This document shows, one piece after another, positions 16,802-26,086 of a stretch of DNA of 64,000 nt; position 1 is the stretch's first letter; the number at the start of each line of letters is the position of its first letter. The translations under genes and the position numbers were made by a program. The DNA comes from Patescibacteria group bacterium (GTDB lineage: Bacteria; Patescibacteriota; Patescibacteriia; Patescibacteriales; UBA12465), in the NCBI GenBank assembly GCA_041651095.1, contig JBAZJV010000001.1:147835-211834 (forward strand). The letters are read 5' to 3'. The notes beneath the pieces are model-generated. The model was not told where the DNA came from and did not search any database. It saw only the letters and a program-made list of their open reading frames with translations.

Positions 16802-17437
16802 TTATCTGGTTTTCAGTAAACCGCGTCCAATTCCCTGATGGCCCCGTAAACCGGGTCCGAAACCGGCGCCATCCATAAATTCGCCCATAAATTTCGATTC
16901 TATATTATTGGTTAATCCGAGACTGAGCATAATGCTGTGAGCCTGATCGCTTAGCTGGTAAGCTTGGGCATATTGGCTGAAATTGGCGGCAGTGATTTTT
17001 TGCAGAAGCGGGGAATCGCTGTTGAGAGCCGTCTCCGCCGTTACCCAGGCGTTGTAGTCGTTATTCTTAAGAGCGGTCCTGACGGCCGTCAGCTTGGCTT
17101 GGCGATCCGCTTGTTTAGCCGCCCGGTCTTTGAACTTGGCGGCGTAGTCTGAAAAATTGGCGGCGGTCAATTGTTGGAGAAGCGGCGAATTCGGATTGAG
17201 CGCGGTCTCTGCCTTTACCCAGGCATTATAATCGCCGGCCGTTAAGGCGTCCTTTATGGCCTCCCGCTTGGCTGGCAGTTCCGCTTTTTGGGCTTCAGTC
17301 AGATTTTGGTTGCCGGGTATGGACGCTCTGCCGTGCCACGGTCCATTCGATCCGGCCGCCAGGGCGGTCGTCGTACCGGCCGATACGGCCAAGATAGACA
17401 AGATTGATAAAGCCAGGATGAGATTTTTTTTAGTCAT
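16802..17437 (-). CDS. secreted hypothetical protein with a tandem ~45-aa repeat
   Basis: 211 aa with signal peptide MTKKNLILALSILSILAVSAG. The block DYNAWV.AETALN..SPLLQ..TAANFS.YA occurs twice. Confidence 0.65.
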   Translation of the reverse strand: MTKKNLILALSILSILAVSAGTTTALAAGSNGPWHGRASIPGNQNLTEAQKAELPAKREAIKDALTAGDYNAWVKAETALNPNSPLLQQLTAANFSDYAAKFKDRAAKQADRQAKLTAVRTALKNNDYNAWVTAETALNSDSPLLQKITAANFSQYAQAYQLSDQAHSIMLSLGLTNNIESKFMGEFMDGAGFGPGLRGHQGIGRGLLKTR

Positions 17438-17701
17438 AAATTTATAGTTAATGATTTAAAGCTTCCCCAGGCGCGCGTGTTTATTAATACGCAGGCCAGG
17501 CTTAAATCTTCTGCCTCCGAATCATGAATATTATGTAGTATTTTATGTTTATTTTAGCTGTAATTTAAAAATAACTAAACGCATGGTATAATTAAATAAA
17601 GCCAACCGGAATATTTTATGGACCCGATAAAAACCGTATAAACATCGTCGCACCCCGGACCGGCGGCTAATAGATTTTTGGAATAGTCAAATCATAACCT
17701 T

Positions 17702-18205
17702 ATGTTCTGGTCTTATCTTTATTTCATCCTGATGGCTCCCGGCATCATAGTCCACGAACTGGCCCACGCTTTTTTTTGCTGGTTGTTCAAGGTAAAAATT
17801 TACAGCATCAATCTATTGCGTTTTGACCGGGTGGCCGGTTATGTCACCCACGAGGAGCCGCGCGGTTTCTTCGCCAGTTTCTTCGTTTCTTTCGGGCCGC
17901 TCATCATCAACTCGGCGCTCGCGGTCTGGTTATTTGCCAAGGTCAATTGGGCGTCGCACGATTGGCGGATATTGCTGTATTTATGGCTGGCCATCGCCCT
18001 GGGGCTGCAGGCTATTCCTTCGACCGGCGACGCCAAAGCCTTATGGCAGAGCGCCAATCACAAGCTGCTGCGCAATCCGCTAGTGATCCTGTTTTATCCG
18101 TTGGTCCTGTTGTTGTATATCTTGAATTTCTTGAAACGCCTGTACATTGATTTTATCTTTGTCGTCTTCTTATTTTATGTAGCCCGGACTTATTGGCCGT
18201 TTTAA
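17702..18205 (+). CDS. integral membrane protein with an HExxH motif (putative zinc metalloprotease)
   Basis: 167 aa, polytopic, with VHELAHAFFCW near the N-terminus. Confidence 0.55.
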   Translation: MFWSYLYFILMAPGIIVHELAHAFFCWLFKVKIYSINLLRFDRVAGYVTHEEPRGFFASFFVSFGPLIINSALAVWLFAKVNWASHDWRILLYLWLAIALGLQAIPSTGDAKALWQSANHKLLRNPLVILFYPLVLLLYILNFLKRLYIDFIFVVFLFYVARTYWPF

Positions 18206-18209
18206 ATTT

Positions 18210-18866
18210 ATGATCAAAGCGGTAATCTTCGATATCGACGGCGTTCTACTGGATTCTTTCCAGGCTAATTTCAAGTTTTACCATGACTTGATGACTGCTA
18301 ACGGTTACCGGCCCTTTACGCTGGAAGAATTCGCCCCCTTGTTTCATCTGACGCTCTGGGACGCGGTCAAAGCGATGACTAAATCCGATTCGGAAGAGGA
18401 AATCCGCCGGATTTGGGAAATCGGCCGGCGCCGGGACGTTAAATATGATACGAGCTTATTGACCATGCCGGCGGGGGCCGCCGAAGTAATAGACGCTTTA
18501 AGCCATTTTTATCGTTTGGGCATCGTTACCAGCCGGGTGCAGAATAGCGTCTATGAATTCGCCGATTTAGCCGGCCTGAAGGATTATTTTCAAGCCGTTG
18601 TCGTTTTTGAAGATACTATCAAGCATAAGCCCGACCCGGAACCGCTGCTTTTGGCCGCCTCGCGCTTAGGCGCCAGCCCGGCGGAATGCGTCTATATCGG
18701 CGATGTGGCCAACGATATCACGGCCGCCCGGAGCGCGGGCACGAAAATAATCATTTATTCGCCTCAGCCCTTGGCCGCCGCGGACGCCAACACGCCGGAT
18801 TTCCGCCGGTTGCCGGAGCTGATCGCCGCTTTGTCCGGCGGCGGTCAAAAGCCAGCGCGGTCATAA
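18210..18866 (+). CDS. HAD-IA family hydrolase/phosphatase
   Basis: 218 aa with VIFDIDGVLLDS (DxDG), GIVTSR and GDVANDITAARSAG motifs. Confidence 0.85.
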   Translation: MIKAVIFDIDGVLLDSFQANFKFYHDLMTANGYRPFTLEEFAPLFHLTLWDAVKAMTKSDSEEEIRRIWEIGRRRDVKYDTSLLTMPAGAAEVIDALSHFYRLGIVTSRVQNSVYEFADLAGLKDYFQAVVVFEDTIKHKPDPEPLLLAASRLGASPAECVYIGDVANDITAARSAGTKIIIYSPQPLAAADANTPDFRRLPELIAALSGGGQKPARS

Positions 18867-18882
18867 GCCGACGTCATCATAT

Positions 18883-19671
18883 ATGGCCATCGATAAAATA
18901 ATTTTAGCCGCCGACCCTTCCCGTTATACGGTCTATCAGATGCTGGATTATGTTAAAGAGACCAGAGGCTGGCAGCTGAGACAGACGGTCACTGAGCATT
19001 TATACCTCTTCAAGACCGAGCCTTATGTCAGCGACTTGTATAATTATGCCCACATTCTGGACGGCCGGATCACTTCCGACGAATTGGCGGCCATCAGAGA
19101 TTTTTTCGGCGATGACCATTTCCGAATCAATGTGCCGGTTAAGGATAACCTGAAAGACCGTTTGCTGGAACAGGGCTTCAAGTTCAAGAACAACGGCTAT
19201 ATCATGCGCGCGGATCATTTCGTGATCCCTCTCGGGCTCCGGCCGCGGCCGGCCGACGTGGTCGTTCGGCCGGTCGATACCCCGCAGGCTCTGGCCGACT
19301 ATAAAGCGATATTCGCCGCCGCCTTCGACCGTAGCCAGGCGGAAGTCGAAGAACGGCTAGGTTTCCTGGATCGGACCATTATCGATGCCGCCGACCGGCA
19401 CATTAAATCTTTCGTATTATATGAGGCTGGGCGGCCGGCGGCCACCGGTTCCTATTATGCTTTTGATTATTTTTCCGTGGAGAGTATCGGCACTAAGCCG
19501 GAATGCCGCGGCCGCGGCTATGCCCAGCTGATCCTGGCCCGCTTGGCTCAGGCCGCGACGGAATTAGGTTACCGCGCCGCCTGTCTGAACGCCTCCGAGG
19601 CCGGAGCGCCGGTCTATCGGAAATTCGGTTTTGACACTCTGGCCGCGACGGAAACCTTTACTTCTTTTTAG
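18883..19671 (+). CDS. GNAT family N-acetyltransferase
   Basis: 262 aa. The C-terminal half carries RGRGYAQLILARLAQAA and YRKFGF, an acetyl-CoA-binding type pattern. Confidence 0.65.
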   Translation: MAIDKIILAADPSRYTVYQMLDYVKETRGWQLRQTVTEHLYLFKTEPYVSDLYNYAHILDGRITSDELAAIRDFFGDDHFRINVPVKDNLKDRLLEQGFKFKNNGYIMRADHFVIPLGLRPRPADVVVRPVDTPQALADYKAIFAAAFDRSQAEVEERLGFLDRTIIDAADRHIKSFVLYEAGRPAATGSYYAFDYFSVESIGTKPECRGRGYAQLILARLAQAATELGYRAACLNASEAGAPVYRKFGFDTLAATETFTSF

Positions 19672-19711
19672 GCATCGCTCCGCCGGCGAATAAGCCGCGT
19701 TTTAGTCTGCC

Positions 19712-19740
19712 CGGCGCTTCCCGGCGCCGGTTTTGATTTT
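19712..19740 (+). terminator. intrinsic terminator
   Basis: CCGGCGC-TTCCCG-GCGCCGG hairpin followed by TTTTGATTTT. Confidence 0.65.
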
Positions 19741-19781
19741 CTGGAATTTTTGTTATACCATTAAATGACTATTAGCTAACT

Positions 19782-20453
19782 ATGAATCCGATTTTACGCC
19801 ATTTTAATACCTTGGACGAAGTAGCCGCGGCTGTTGCCCGGCCGATTGCCGAGGCCTTACGGCTTGGCCGCTCCGTCCTCTGGCTGGTGCCCGGTGGATC
19901 CGGAATCGCCGTCGCCGCGTACGCCGCCGAGTTGCTCAATGCTGCTGCCGGCGGGAACTTAACTAATCTGGCCGTGACTTTGACCGATGAGCGCTACGGT
20001 CCGGTCGATCACCCGGACTCTAATTGGCGCCAATTACGGGCGGCCGGCTTTATGCTGCCTTCGGCCCGCCTGATCCCAGTTTTAGACGGCGCTAATCAGC
20101 TTGAGACGACCCGGTCTTTTGCTGTGCGCCTGGAACAAGAACTGGCTCAGGCCGATTTTGCCATCGGCCTCTTCGGTATCGGCGCCGACGGCCATACCGC
20201 CGGCATTTTGCCGCACAGCCCGGCCGTCGGTTCGGCCGATTTGGCTTATGCCTATGACGCCGGCAATTTTCGGCGTATTACCATTACGCCGCGCGCTATC
20301 GGACGCTTGTCTGAAATCGTCGTTTACGCCCAGGGCCCGGAAAAATGGCCGGCGCTGGCGCGCCTGTCGGAGCGGCTAGATCCGGCCGAACAGCCGGCTC
20401 AAGCCTTGAAACAGGTAAAAAAATTAACGGTGTTCAGCGATTACCGGGGCTAA
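19782..20453 (+). CDS. pgl: 6-phosphogluconolactonase
   Basis: 223 aa with LVPGGSG, LTDERYGPVDHPDSN and GIGADGHTAGILP motifs. Sits next to gnd and zwf. Confidence 0.85.
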   Translation: MNPILRHFNTLDEVAAAVARPIAEALRLGRSVLWLVPGGSGIAVAAYAAELLNAAAGGNLTNLAVTLTDERYGPVDHPDSNWRQLRAAGFMLPSARLIPVLDGANQLETTRSFAVRLEQELAQADFAIGLFGIGADGHTAGILPHSPAVGSADLAYAYDAGNFRRITITPRAIGRLSEIVVYAQGPEKWPALARLSERLDPAEQPAQALKQVKKLTVFSDYRG

Positions 20454-20511
20454 GCGCGCTGACCCAGCTAATAGACTGCTAAATTTAAGAAATCAATCAC
20501 TTAAGCCATAT

Positions 20512-21417
20512 ATGAAAATAGCGATCAGCGGCTTAGGCCGCATGGGCGGACAAATCGCCCGCAAATTGCAGGCCGGCGGGCATTCGGTCATCGCGCATAA
20601 CCGCAGCCGCGGCCCGATAGACGAGATGAAGGCTCAAGGCCTGGTGCCGGCCTATTCCAAAGAGGAGGTGGTCGCGGCTTTTAGCGGCGAGCGGGCCGTG
20701 ATCTGGCTGATGGTGCCGGCCGAAGCGGTTGAGGCGGAATTGGCGGCCTGGCTGGAGATTATTCCCCGGGACAGCTTGCTGATTGATGGCGGCAATTCTA
20801 ATTTCCAGTCTACGCAAAAACATGCGGCTTTGGTGGCGGCACGGGGCAGCCGTTGGCTGGATGTCGGCACGAGCGGCGGCATCTGGGGCTATCAGAACGG
20901 TTTTTCCATGATGGTCGGCGGTGATCGCTCGGACTATGAGATTTTAGAGCCGGCGCTTAAGACCTTGGCGGCGCCGGGCGGCGCCTATCATTTATTCGGT
21001 CCGGCGGGTGCCGGCCACTACGTCAAGATGATCCATAATGCGATAGAATATGGCATGATGGAAAGCCTGGCCGAAGGCTACCGGCTGTTAAAAGAAGGCC
21101 CTTACGATAACTTGGATTTGGCCGCGGCCGGCGAAGTCTGGCAGCATCATAGCGTCATCACTTCCTGGCTGAACGAATTAGCGCGCGATGTTTTGCGACC
21201 GAATCCGCAGCTGGACGGCATCGACGGCTATGTAGCGGAATCAGGCGAAGCGCGCTGGGCTCTGGCGCTGGCTCGGGAGCGGCACATTCCGTTGCCGGCT
21301 ATCCAGGCGGCCTTTGACGTGCGCCTGGCTTCGCAGCAAGGAGAAACTAATTTCGCGACCAAGCTGCTGGCCGCTATGCGTAACGCCTTCGGCGGCCACC
21401 AACTGAATCAAAGTTGA
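20512..21417 (+). CDS. gnd: 6-phosphogluconate dehydrogenase, decarboxylating (short form)
   Basis: 301 aa with MKIAISGLGRMGGQIARKL (Rossmann), IDGGNSNFQST, DVGTSGGIWG and GHYVKMIHNAIEYGMM. Confidence 0.85.
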   Translation: MKIAISGLGRMGGQIARKLQAGGHSVIAHNRSRGPIDEMKAQGLVPAYSKEEVVAAFSGERAVIWLMVPAEAVEAELAAWLEIIPRDSLLIDGGNSNFQSTQKHAALVAARGSRWLDVGTSGGIWGYQNGFSMMVGGDRSDYEILEPALKTLAAPGGAYHLFGPAGAGHYVKMIHNAIEYGMMESLAEGYRLLKEGPYDNLDLAAAGEVWQHHSVITSWLNELARDVLRPNPQLDGIDGYVAESGEARWALALARERHIPLPAIQAAFDVRLASQQGETNFATKLLAAMRNAFGGHQLNQS

Positions 21418-21445
21418 GTCGAGCGGAAATTTAACATCAGTCCCT

Positions 21446-22798
21446 ATGAGCGACATCAAGGCCACCATTTTAATCATTATCGGTATTGCCGGCGATCTGG
21501 CCGTCCGCAAGCTTTTGCCGGCCATCAGCCGGCTGGCCAAAGCCGGAGTTCTGCCGGCTGATTTTAGAATCATCGGCATCACGCGCCGGTCCGACATTCC
21601 GCTTGACCGGCTATTCGCCCAGACGGCGGACGCGACTTATTTGCGTCGCCACATTGAGCTCCTGACCGCCGACGTAACCGAGCCGGGTGACTACCAGCGA
21701 ATCGCCAGCCGTTTACGGGAAATTGAAAGCGATATCGGCCGCCCGACCCAGCGCTTGTTCTATCTATCCGTGCCACCGCAGGTTTCGCGGCCGATCATCG
21801 AATTGCTCGGCCAATCGGAATTAGCGAAGATCGGCGATCTCAAGCTGCTGCTGGAAAAACCTTTCGGCGTCGATCTGGCCAGCGCCGAAGAGCTGAACCA
21901 ATACATCGACCGCTATTTCGAGCCCGACCAGGTATACCGCATCGATCATTACCTGGCCCGGGAAACTTCGCAGAATCTCATCGTCTTCCGGGAGCATAAC
22001 CCTTTGTTCAAGCATAGCTGGAATCGTGATTTTATTTCCCGGATCGAGATCATTGCCACGGAAACCATCGGCATCGAAGGCCGGGCAGTGTTTTATGAAC
22101 AGACCGGCGCCCTGCGTGACTGGGTGCAGAGCCATTTGTTGCAACTGGCCGCCCTGGCTTTGATGGAAGCGCCGCCGGCCGACCGGTTGGAAGAAGTGTC
22201 GGCTCGGCGCCTGGACGCTTTGCGGCAGCTGCATTTGCCGGCCGGCGCCGCGCCGACCCAGCATGTCCGGCGCGGCCAGTACCAGGGCTACCAGGCGGAA
22301 GTGAATAATCCCGGCAGCCAGGTGGAGACCTTTGTCTCTCTAGCCTTGGAATCGGATGATCCGCGCTGGCAGGGCGTGCCGATTATCCTGACGGCGGGCA
22401 AAGCCATGAATCAGAAGTATACCGGCATCAAGGTTTCTTACCGCTCGGTGGCCGGCCAGGCAGCCAACCAGCTGATTTTGCGCCTGTTGCCGGACGCCGG
22501 CGTCGAACTCTGCCTCTGGGCCAAGCGCCCCGGTTACGACCACGTGATTACTAAACATCCCCTGAAATTCGATTTCCAGGATTATTATGCCAACCTGCCG
22601 GAAGCCTATGAACAAGTCCTATTCCACGCGTTCCGAGCCGATCACAGCTTATTCACGTCCAGCGATGAAGTCCGGGAAACTTGGCGGATCCTGGATCCGA
22701 TCCAGCGCGCCTGGGAGATGTCCGGCGACGACCTGATCAGTTATCGGCCGGGCGCCCGCCGAGAAGAGATTTTAGCGGGAGCGGAAATTTTGTTATAA
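21446..22798 (+). CDS. zwf: glucose-6-phosphate dehydrogenase
   Basis: 450 aa with IIGIAGDLAVRKLLPAI (NADP site), EKPFG and YRIDHYLARE (the RIDHYLGKE active-site motif). Confidence 0.9.
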   Translation: MSDIKATILIIIGIAGDLAVRKLLPAISRLAKAGVLPADFRIIGITRRSDIPLDRLFAQTADATYLRRHIELLTADVTEPGDYQRIASRLREIESDIGRPTQRLFYLSVPPQVSRPIIELLGQSELAKIGDLKLLLEKPFGVDLASAEELNQYIDRYFEPDQVYRIDHYLARETSQNLIVFREHNPLFKHSWNRDFISRIEIIATETIGIEGRAVFYEQTGALRDWVQSHLLQLAALALMEAPPADRLEEVSARRLDALRQLHLPAGAAPTQHVRRGQYQGYQAEVNNPGSQVETFVSLALESDDPRWQGVPIILTAGKAMNQKYTGIKVSYRSVAGQAANQLILRLLPDAGVELCLWAKRPGYDHVITKHPLKFDFQDYYANLPEAYEQVLFHAFRADHSLFTSSDEVRETWRILDPIQRAWEMSGDDLISYRPGARREEILAGAEILL

Positions 22799-23361
22799 TG
22801 GAAAATAGCTTAGTATTTCTTCATAGTTGTTCTATGGCTCAAATAAGTTTGCGCTACCAACAATTAAAAGACGCCCGGATCTTCTGGCGCATCCTGAATA
22901 ATCCGCATTTCCGGTATATGAGCGTCAAGGCGAAGACGCTCCGGGAAGAGGAGGCCTGGCTGCGCGCCAATCCGGCCAAACGGCGCCAGAACCGAGAGTG
23001 GAATTACGCGATTCTTTTAGATGGGGCGGTGGTCGGCGCTATCGGTATCAAGATTAACCGGTTCCGGCCGCAGATCGGGGAAATCGGCTATTTTGTCGCC
23101 GAAGAATATTGGGGGTGGGGAATTACGACCCGGGCGGTCAAGCTCGCGGAAGAGATCGCCTTTAAGCGTTTGCGATTGCATCGCCTGGAAATCATGATGC
23201 GGCCGGAGAATCTGGCCAGCGAACGGGTGGCGATCAAGAATAAGTACCGAAAAGAGGGGCGCCTGAAGCATTTGGAACAGGATGGACAAGGGCGTTGGCG
23301 GGATTTCTGGCTATACGCCAAAGTTTGCCCGACGGCTCGCCGCCGCCCTGGCGCTAAATAA
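22798..23361 (+). CDS. GNAT family N-acetyltransferase (RimJ/RimL-like)
   Basis: The ATG at 22798 overlaps the zwf stop (TAATG); the track start at 22681 is an in-gene extension. An alternative ATG lies at 22834. Motifs GYFVAEEYWGWGITTRAVKL and LHRLEIMMRPENLASERV. Confidence 0.7.
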   Translation: MENSLVFLHSCSMAQISLRYQQLKDARIFWRILNNPHFRYMSVKAKTLREEEAWLRANPAKRRQNREWNYAILLDGAVVGAIGIKINRFRPQIGEIGYFVAEEYWGWGITTRAVKLAEEIAFKRLRLHRLEIMMRPENLASERVAIKNKYRKEGRLKHLEQDGQGRWRDFWLYAKVCPTARRRPGAK

Positions 23362-23368
23362 TTAAATT

Positions 23369-23605
23369 ATGGAACAGCTCATCGGCATCGTGGCTATTCT
23401 GATTTATCTTAGTTATATCTTCGGCCATGAAAAGGATTGGTTGAAGTTTTCTGAGCGTTTCAAGGAACGCTGGCACCGGCAGCGCCGGCGCCGCCTTAAT
23501 CATCATGAATATATCGAACAGGTGGTAGATAGCGCCAATGAGAAATACTGGGTGCAGAAGAGAGCGGCGGCAGATAAGGAGCGGGTCAAGAAGAATTTTT
23601 TATGA
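23369..23605 (+). CDS. small hypothetical protein with an N-terminal TM
   Basis: 78-aa ORF with the hydrophobic N-terminus IGIVAILIYLSYIFG followed by a basic tail. Confidence 0.4.
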   Translation: MEQLIGIVAILIYLSYIFGHEKDWLKFSERFKERWHRQRRRRLNHHEYIEQVVDSANEKYWVQKRAAADKERVKKNFL

Positions 23606-23615
23606 TCAACATCTT

Positions 23616-24317
23616 ATGCCGCGCCGCTGCTTAAATCTTAATTTGCTGCTGGCCGCCGGCCTGCTGGTTTTGGCCGGCGCGCTGTTTAATCCGGTCCCAT
23701 CGGCCGGAGCGGCTTCAGTCGCCCAGCCGGACATTATCGATCAGGACGTGCCTTTTACTTCCCAAGCGCCGCTCGGGGAATGGCGCGATGTCCGCCAGCA
23801 GGATGGCTGTGAAGAGGCGGGAGCTGCTATGGCCATGGCCTGGGTCGGCGGCGAGAAAGATATTAGTAAAGCGGACTGGCGCTTAAGAATACTTATTCTC
23901 TCTACTTTTGAAAATAAAAAATATGGCGAATACCGCGATGTATCCCTGCCGGATATGGCGGCTTGGCTGTTTAACGATTATTTCCGCCACCAGGCGGTCG
24001 CAGTCAAACCGGTAGCCGGGCCGGCGGATATCGTGACGGAACTTGAACAGGGCAATATCATGCTCGCCCCGATGAACGGCCGACGGCTGAAGAATCCGCA
24101 TTATACCGCCCCGGGGCCGGAGCGGCACATGATCCTGATCAAGGGCTATGATTATGAGCGGCAGGAATTCATCACTAATGATCCCGGTACGCGTTTCGGC
24201 GCCAATTACCGCTATCCGGCCGATTTGTTTTTCCGGGCCATCCGAGACTATCAGACCGGCGATAAGCGGCCGTTCCAGGAATTGAGCCAGCACATGCTCG
24301 TCGTCAGTCGGCCGTAA
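23616..24317 (+). CDS. secreted peptidase C39-like domain protein
   Basis: The start at ATG 23616 gives the signal-like N-terminus MPRRCLNLNLLLAAGLLVLAGALF. VPFTSQAPLGEW...GCEEAGAAMAMAW resembles the Peptidase_C39_2 pattern (VP..SQ...C....A..M). Confidence 0.5.
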   Translation: MPRRCLNLNLLLAAGLLVLAGALFNPVPSAGAASVAQPDIIDQDVPFTSQAPLGEWRDVRQQDGCEEAGAAMAMAWVGGEKDISKADWRLRILILSTFENKKYGEYRDVSLPDMAAWLFNDYFRHQAVAVKPVAGPADIVTELEQGNIMLAPMNGRRLKNPHYTAPGPERHMILIKGYDYERQEFITNDPGTRFGANYRYPADLFFRAIRDYQTGDKRPFQELSQHMLVVSRP

Positions 24318-24385
24318 TCAGCCGGTTTTTCCGGTGGCCGGCTCCGGGCGTTTGACCCGCCCGGTCCTCCGATCTGATTGAGACA

Positions 24386-24416
24386 ACAAAAAAGCGGCTG
24401 TTCGGCCGCTCTTTTC
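24386..24416. terminator. bidirectional terminator between convergent genes
   Basis: AAAAAA-AGCGGC-TGTTCG-GCCGCT-CTTTTC. Confidence 0.6.
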
Positions 24417-24431
24417 GTTACCGCTTATGGC

Positions 24432-24950
24432 TTATTCCCGGCAGCAATCGATGACTTTTTTGACCAGGGCGCCCAGCGTCTCCGCCAGCCCCTGCTTCTT
24501 GGTATTTATGGCGTCGTCATCAATTTTTCTGACCTCGCCGAGATCAATGAGTTTCATATTCAGGCCCCAGAACAAGGAATAGAGGTCATAGGCCTTCTTG
24601 AACATTTCCTGCGCCTCCGCTTTATCGCCCTTGCCCTGGGCCTTGGTGCCGACTTCCATCAGACGGTACGAGGCGGCCAGGAGATGCTTGGAAATGCACC
24701 AGACTTCACCTTCGTATTCCTTGATGATTTTCTTCAGCAGCGCTTTGCGCATTTCCCGTACTTCGGCCAGCAGGTCGTAATATTTCGGTTGGCCGGTTTT
24801 GGCGCCGGTGAAGAAGAAGTGTTCCTCGATGCTGACCAGGTTCATGATGGCGATGGACAAGTCCTCGTCGGAAGAGAGATCAAGCGCATGGTCTTTTTTC
24901 AAGTGATCGACTTTTTCGATCATCTCGTTGAGGCTGAGCATGTTATTCAT
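24432..24950 (-). CDS. hypothetical cytoplasmic protein (C-terminal CC pair)
   Basis: 172-aa ORF, last gene of a three-gene minus-strand cluster. The 240-aa plus-strand ORF covering it also spans the neighbouring gene and reads as an antisense shadow. Confidence 0.55.
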   Translation of the reverse strand: MNNMLSLNEMIEKVDHLKKDHALDLSSDEDLSIAIMNLVSIEEHFFFTGAKTGQPKYYDLLAEVREMRKALLKKIIKEYEGEVWCISKHLLAASYRLMEVGTKAQGKGDKAEAQEMFKKAYDLYSLFWGLNMKLIDLGEVRKIDDDAINTKKQGLAETLGALVKKVIDCCRE

Positions 24951-24968
24951 ATGTTTAAGTTGGTTATT

Positions 24969-25478
24969 TTAATAGCGGGTAATGAAATAGAAGACGAAGC
25001 TGAGGATGAGCAGGGCGCTGACCGGCAGAGCGACTTTTTCATAAGGGAAATGCGGCCGGCCGCGCCGGGTCTTGATCCGGTTATACCACAGCGTCATTAG
25101 CAGAAAAGCCAGGCTGCCGATCAAGGCTCCCAAGATGATTTTATCTGCCCCCCAAAGCCGGCTGTTCGGATAGCCGATCAGGTTCTGCGACCAGAGCGGC
25201 CAGAAAGTCAGGCCGTAATACAGGACGGCGACCAGGATATCCCGCAGGTCCTTATTGCCGAAAGACCATTCTTTCTTGTTCAGCCAATTAATGGTCCAGG
25301 CGGTCAGAGAAACCAGCAAGCCGCCGATCCACAAGCCGGCGATGGTATTGTCGATACCCAGGTATTCGCTCAGCCCCAGGCCGGCGCCGACCGCGACGAC
25401 GCAGACCGGACAAACGGCCGAGGCCGGCCAGGCGGTCAAGCTTAAGATCGGTATACTCAAATAAAATAATTTTTTCAT
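24969..25478 (-). CDS. polytopic membrane protein with a CPVC motif
   Basis: 169 aa with about 5-6 hydrophobic segments and VCPVCVVAVGAG at the start of the second. Confidence 0.6.
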   Translation of the reverse strand: MKKLFYLSIPILSLTAWPASAVCPVCVVAVGAGLGLSEYLGIDNTIAGLWIGGLLVSLTAWTINWLNKKEWSFGNKDLRDILVAVLYYGLTFWPLWSQNLIGYPNSRLWGADKIILGALIGSLAFLLMTLWYNRIKTRRGRPHFPYEKVALPVSALLILSFVFYFITRY

Positions 25479-25507
25479 ATGGTTATGCCGTTAGATCGGC
25501 AACTGTT

Positions 25508-25849
25508 TTATTTTTGAAAATATCGGATAATCTCCTGATCACCCATCAGGCAATTCTGCCCGTCGAAGAAGAAGGGCACGCCCAGACCCTGCGCCGCATC
25601 TAAGCCGCAAGCGCGCGCCTTCCTTTCCATCAAGGAGGCGTTAGCCTGGTTTTGCGATACTTCCAGTTCCTGGAAGCGGAACCGGTCCCGGACGCCGTTA
25701 TCGCCGATGTATTTTTCTACGACCTGGCAATGCGGGCAGGACAGGCTGTAGAAGAGGATCATCTTGGGTCTTTGGCCGGCCCAGAGCACGACCCCGACAG
25801 CCAACAGAGCCAGAACAAAGATGAGGCCCAAGGCTTTATATTTTATCAT
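25508..25849 (-). CDS. membrane-anchored thioredoxin/glutaredoxin-fold protein (CPHC)
   Basis: 113 aa with an N-terminal TM, then ILFYSLSCPHCQVVEKY and GVPFFF, a typical thioredoxin-fold pattern. Confidence 0.7.
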   Translation of the reverse strand: MIKYKALGLIFVLALLAVGVVLWAGQRPKMILFYSLSCPHCQVVEKYIGDNGVRDRFRFQELEVSQNQANASLMERKARACGLDAAQGLGVPFFFDGQNCLMGDQEIIRYFQK

Positions 25850-26003
25850 AAAATAATTTATATTAATTAATAAGCCGGTCTTTATCAGACAGGTATTTTT
25901 ATAATAACATATTTTATATTGATTTGATATATATTATATTTATTTTAAATTTAGCTTATTTTATTGTAAATCAGTCGGGCAAAGGGAAATTGGGGTGAAT
26001 ACA

Positions 26004-26032
26004 TTGACAAGAATTCAAAAATATGATAATAT
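26004..26032 (+). promoter_or_regulatory. sigma70-type promoter TTGACA-N17-TAATAT
   Basis: TTGACA 26004-26009, a 17-nt spacer, then TAATAT 26027-26032. It lies ~150 nt upstream of the 26182 start. Confidence 0.6.
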
Positions 26033-26086
26033 GCCAACAATGTATTTAAATCTTATTTTATCTGCGGTTCTTTTAAAACCTGCTGT

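Noticed and set aside
24378-25100. 240-aa plus-strand ORF
   Set aside because: It runs antisense across two separate minus-strand genes and the gap between them. Its translation is rich in the residues typical of GC-rich shadow frames. The minus-strand genes have sensible TM or soluble character and form a cluster with the thioredoxin-fold gene.
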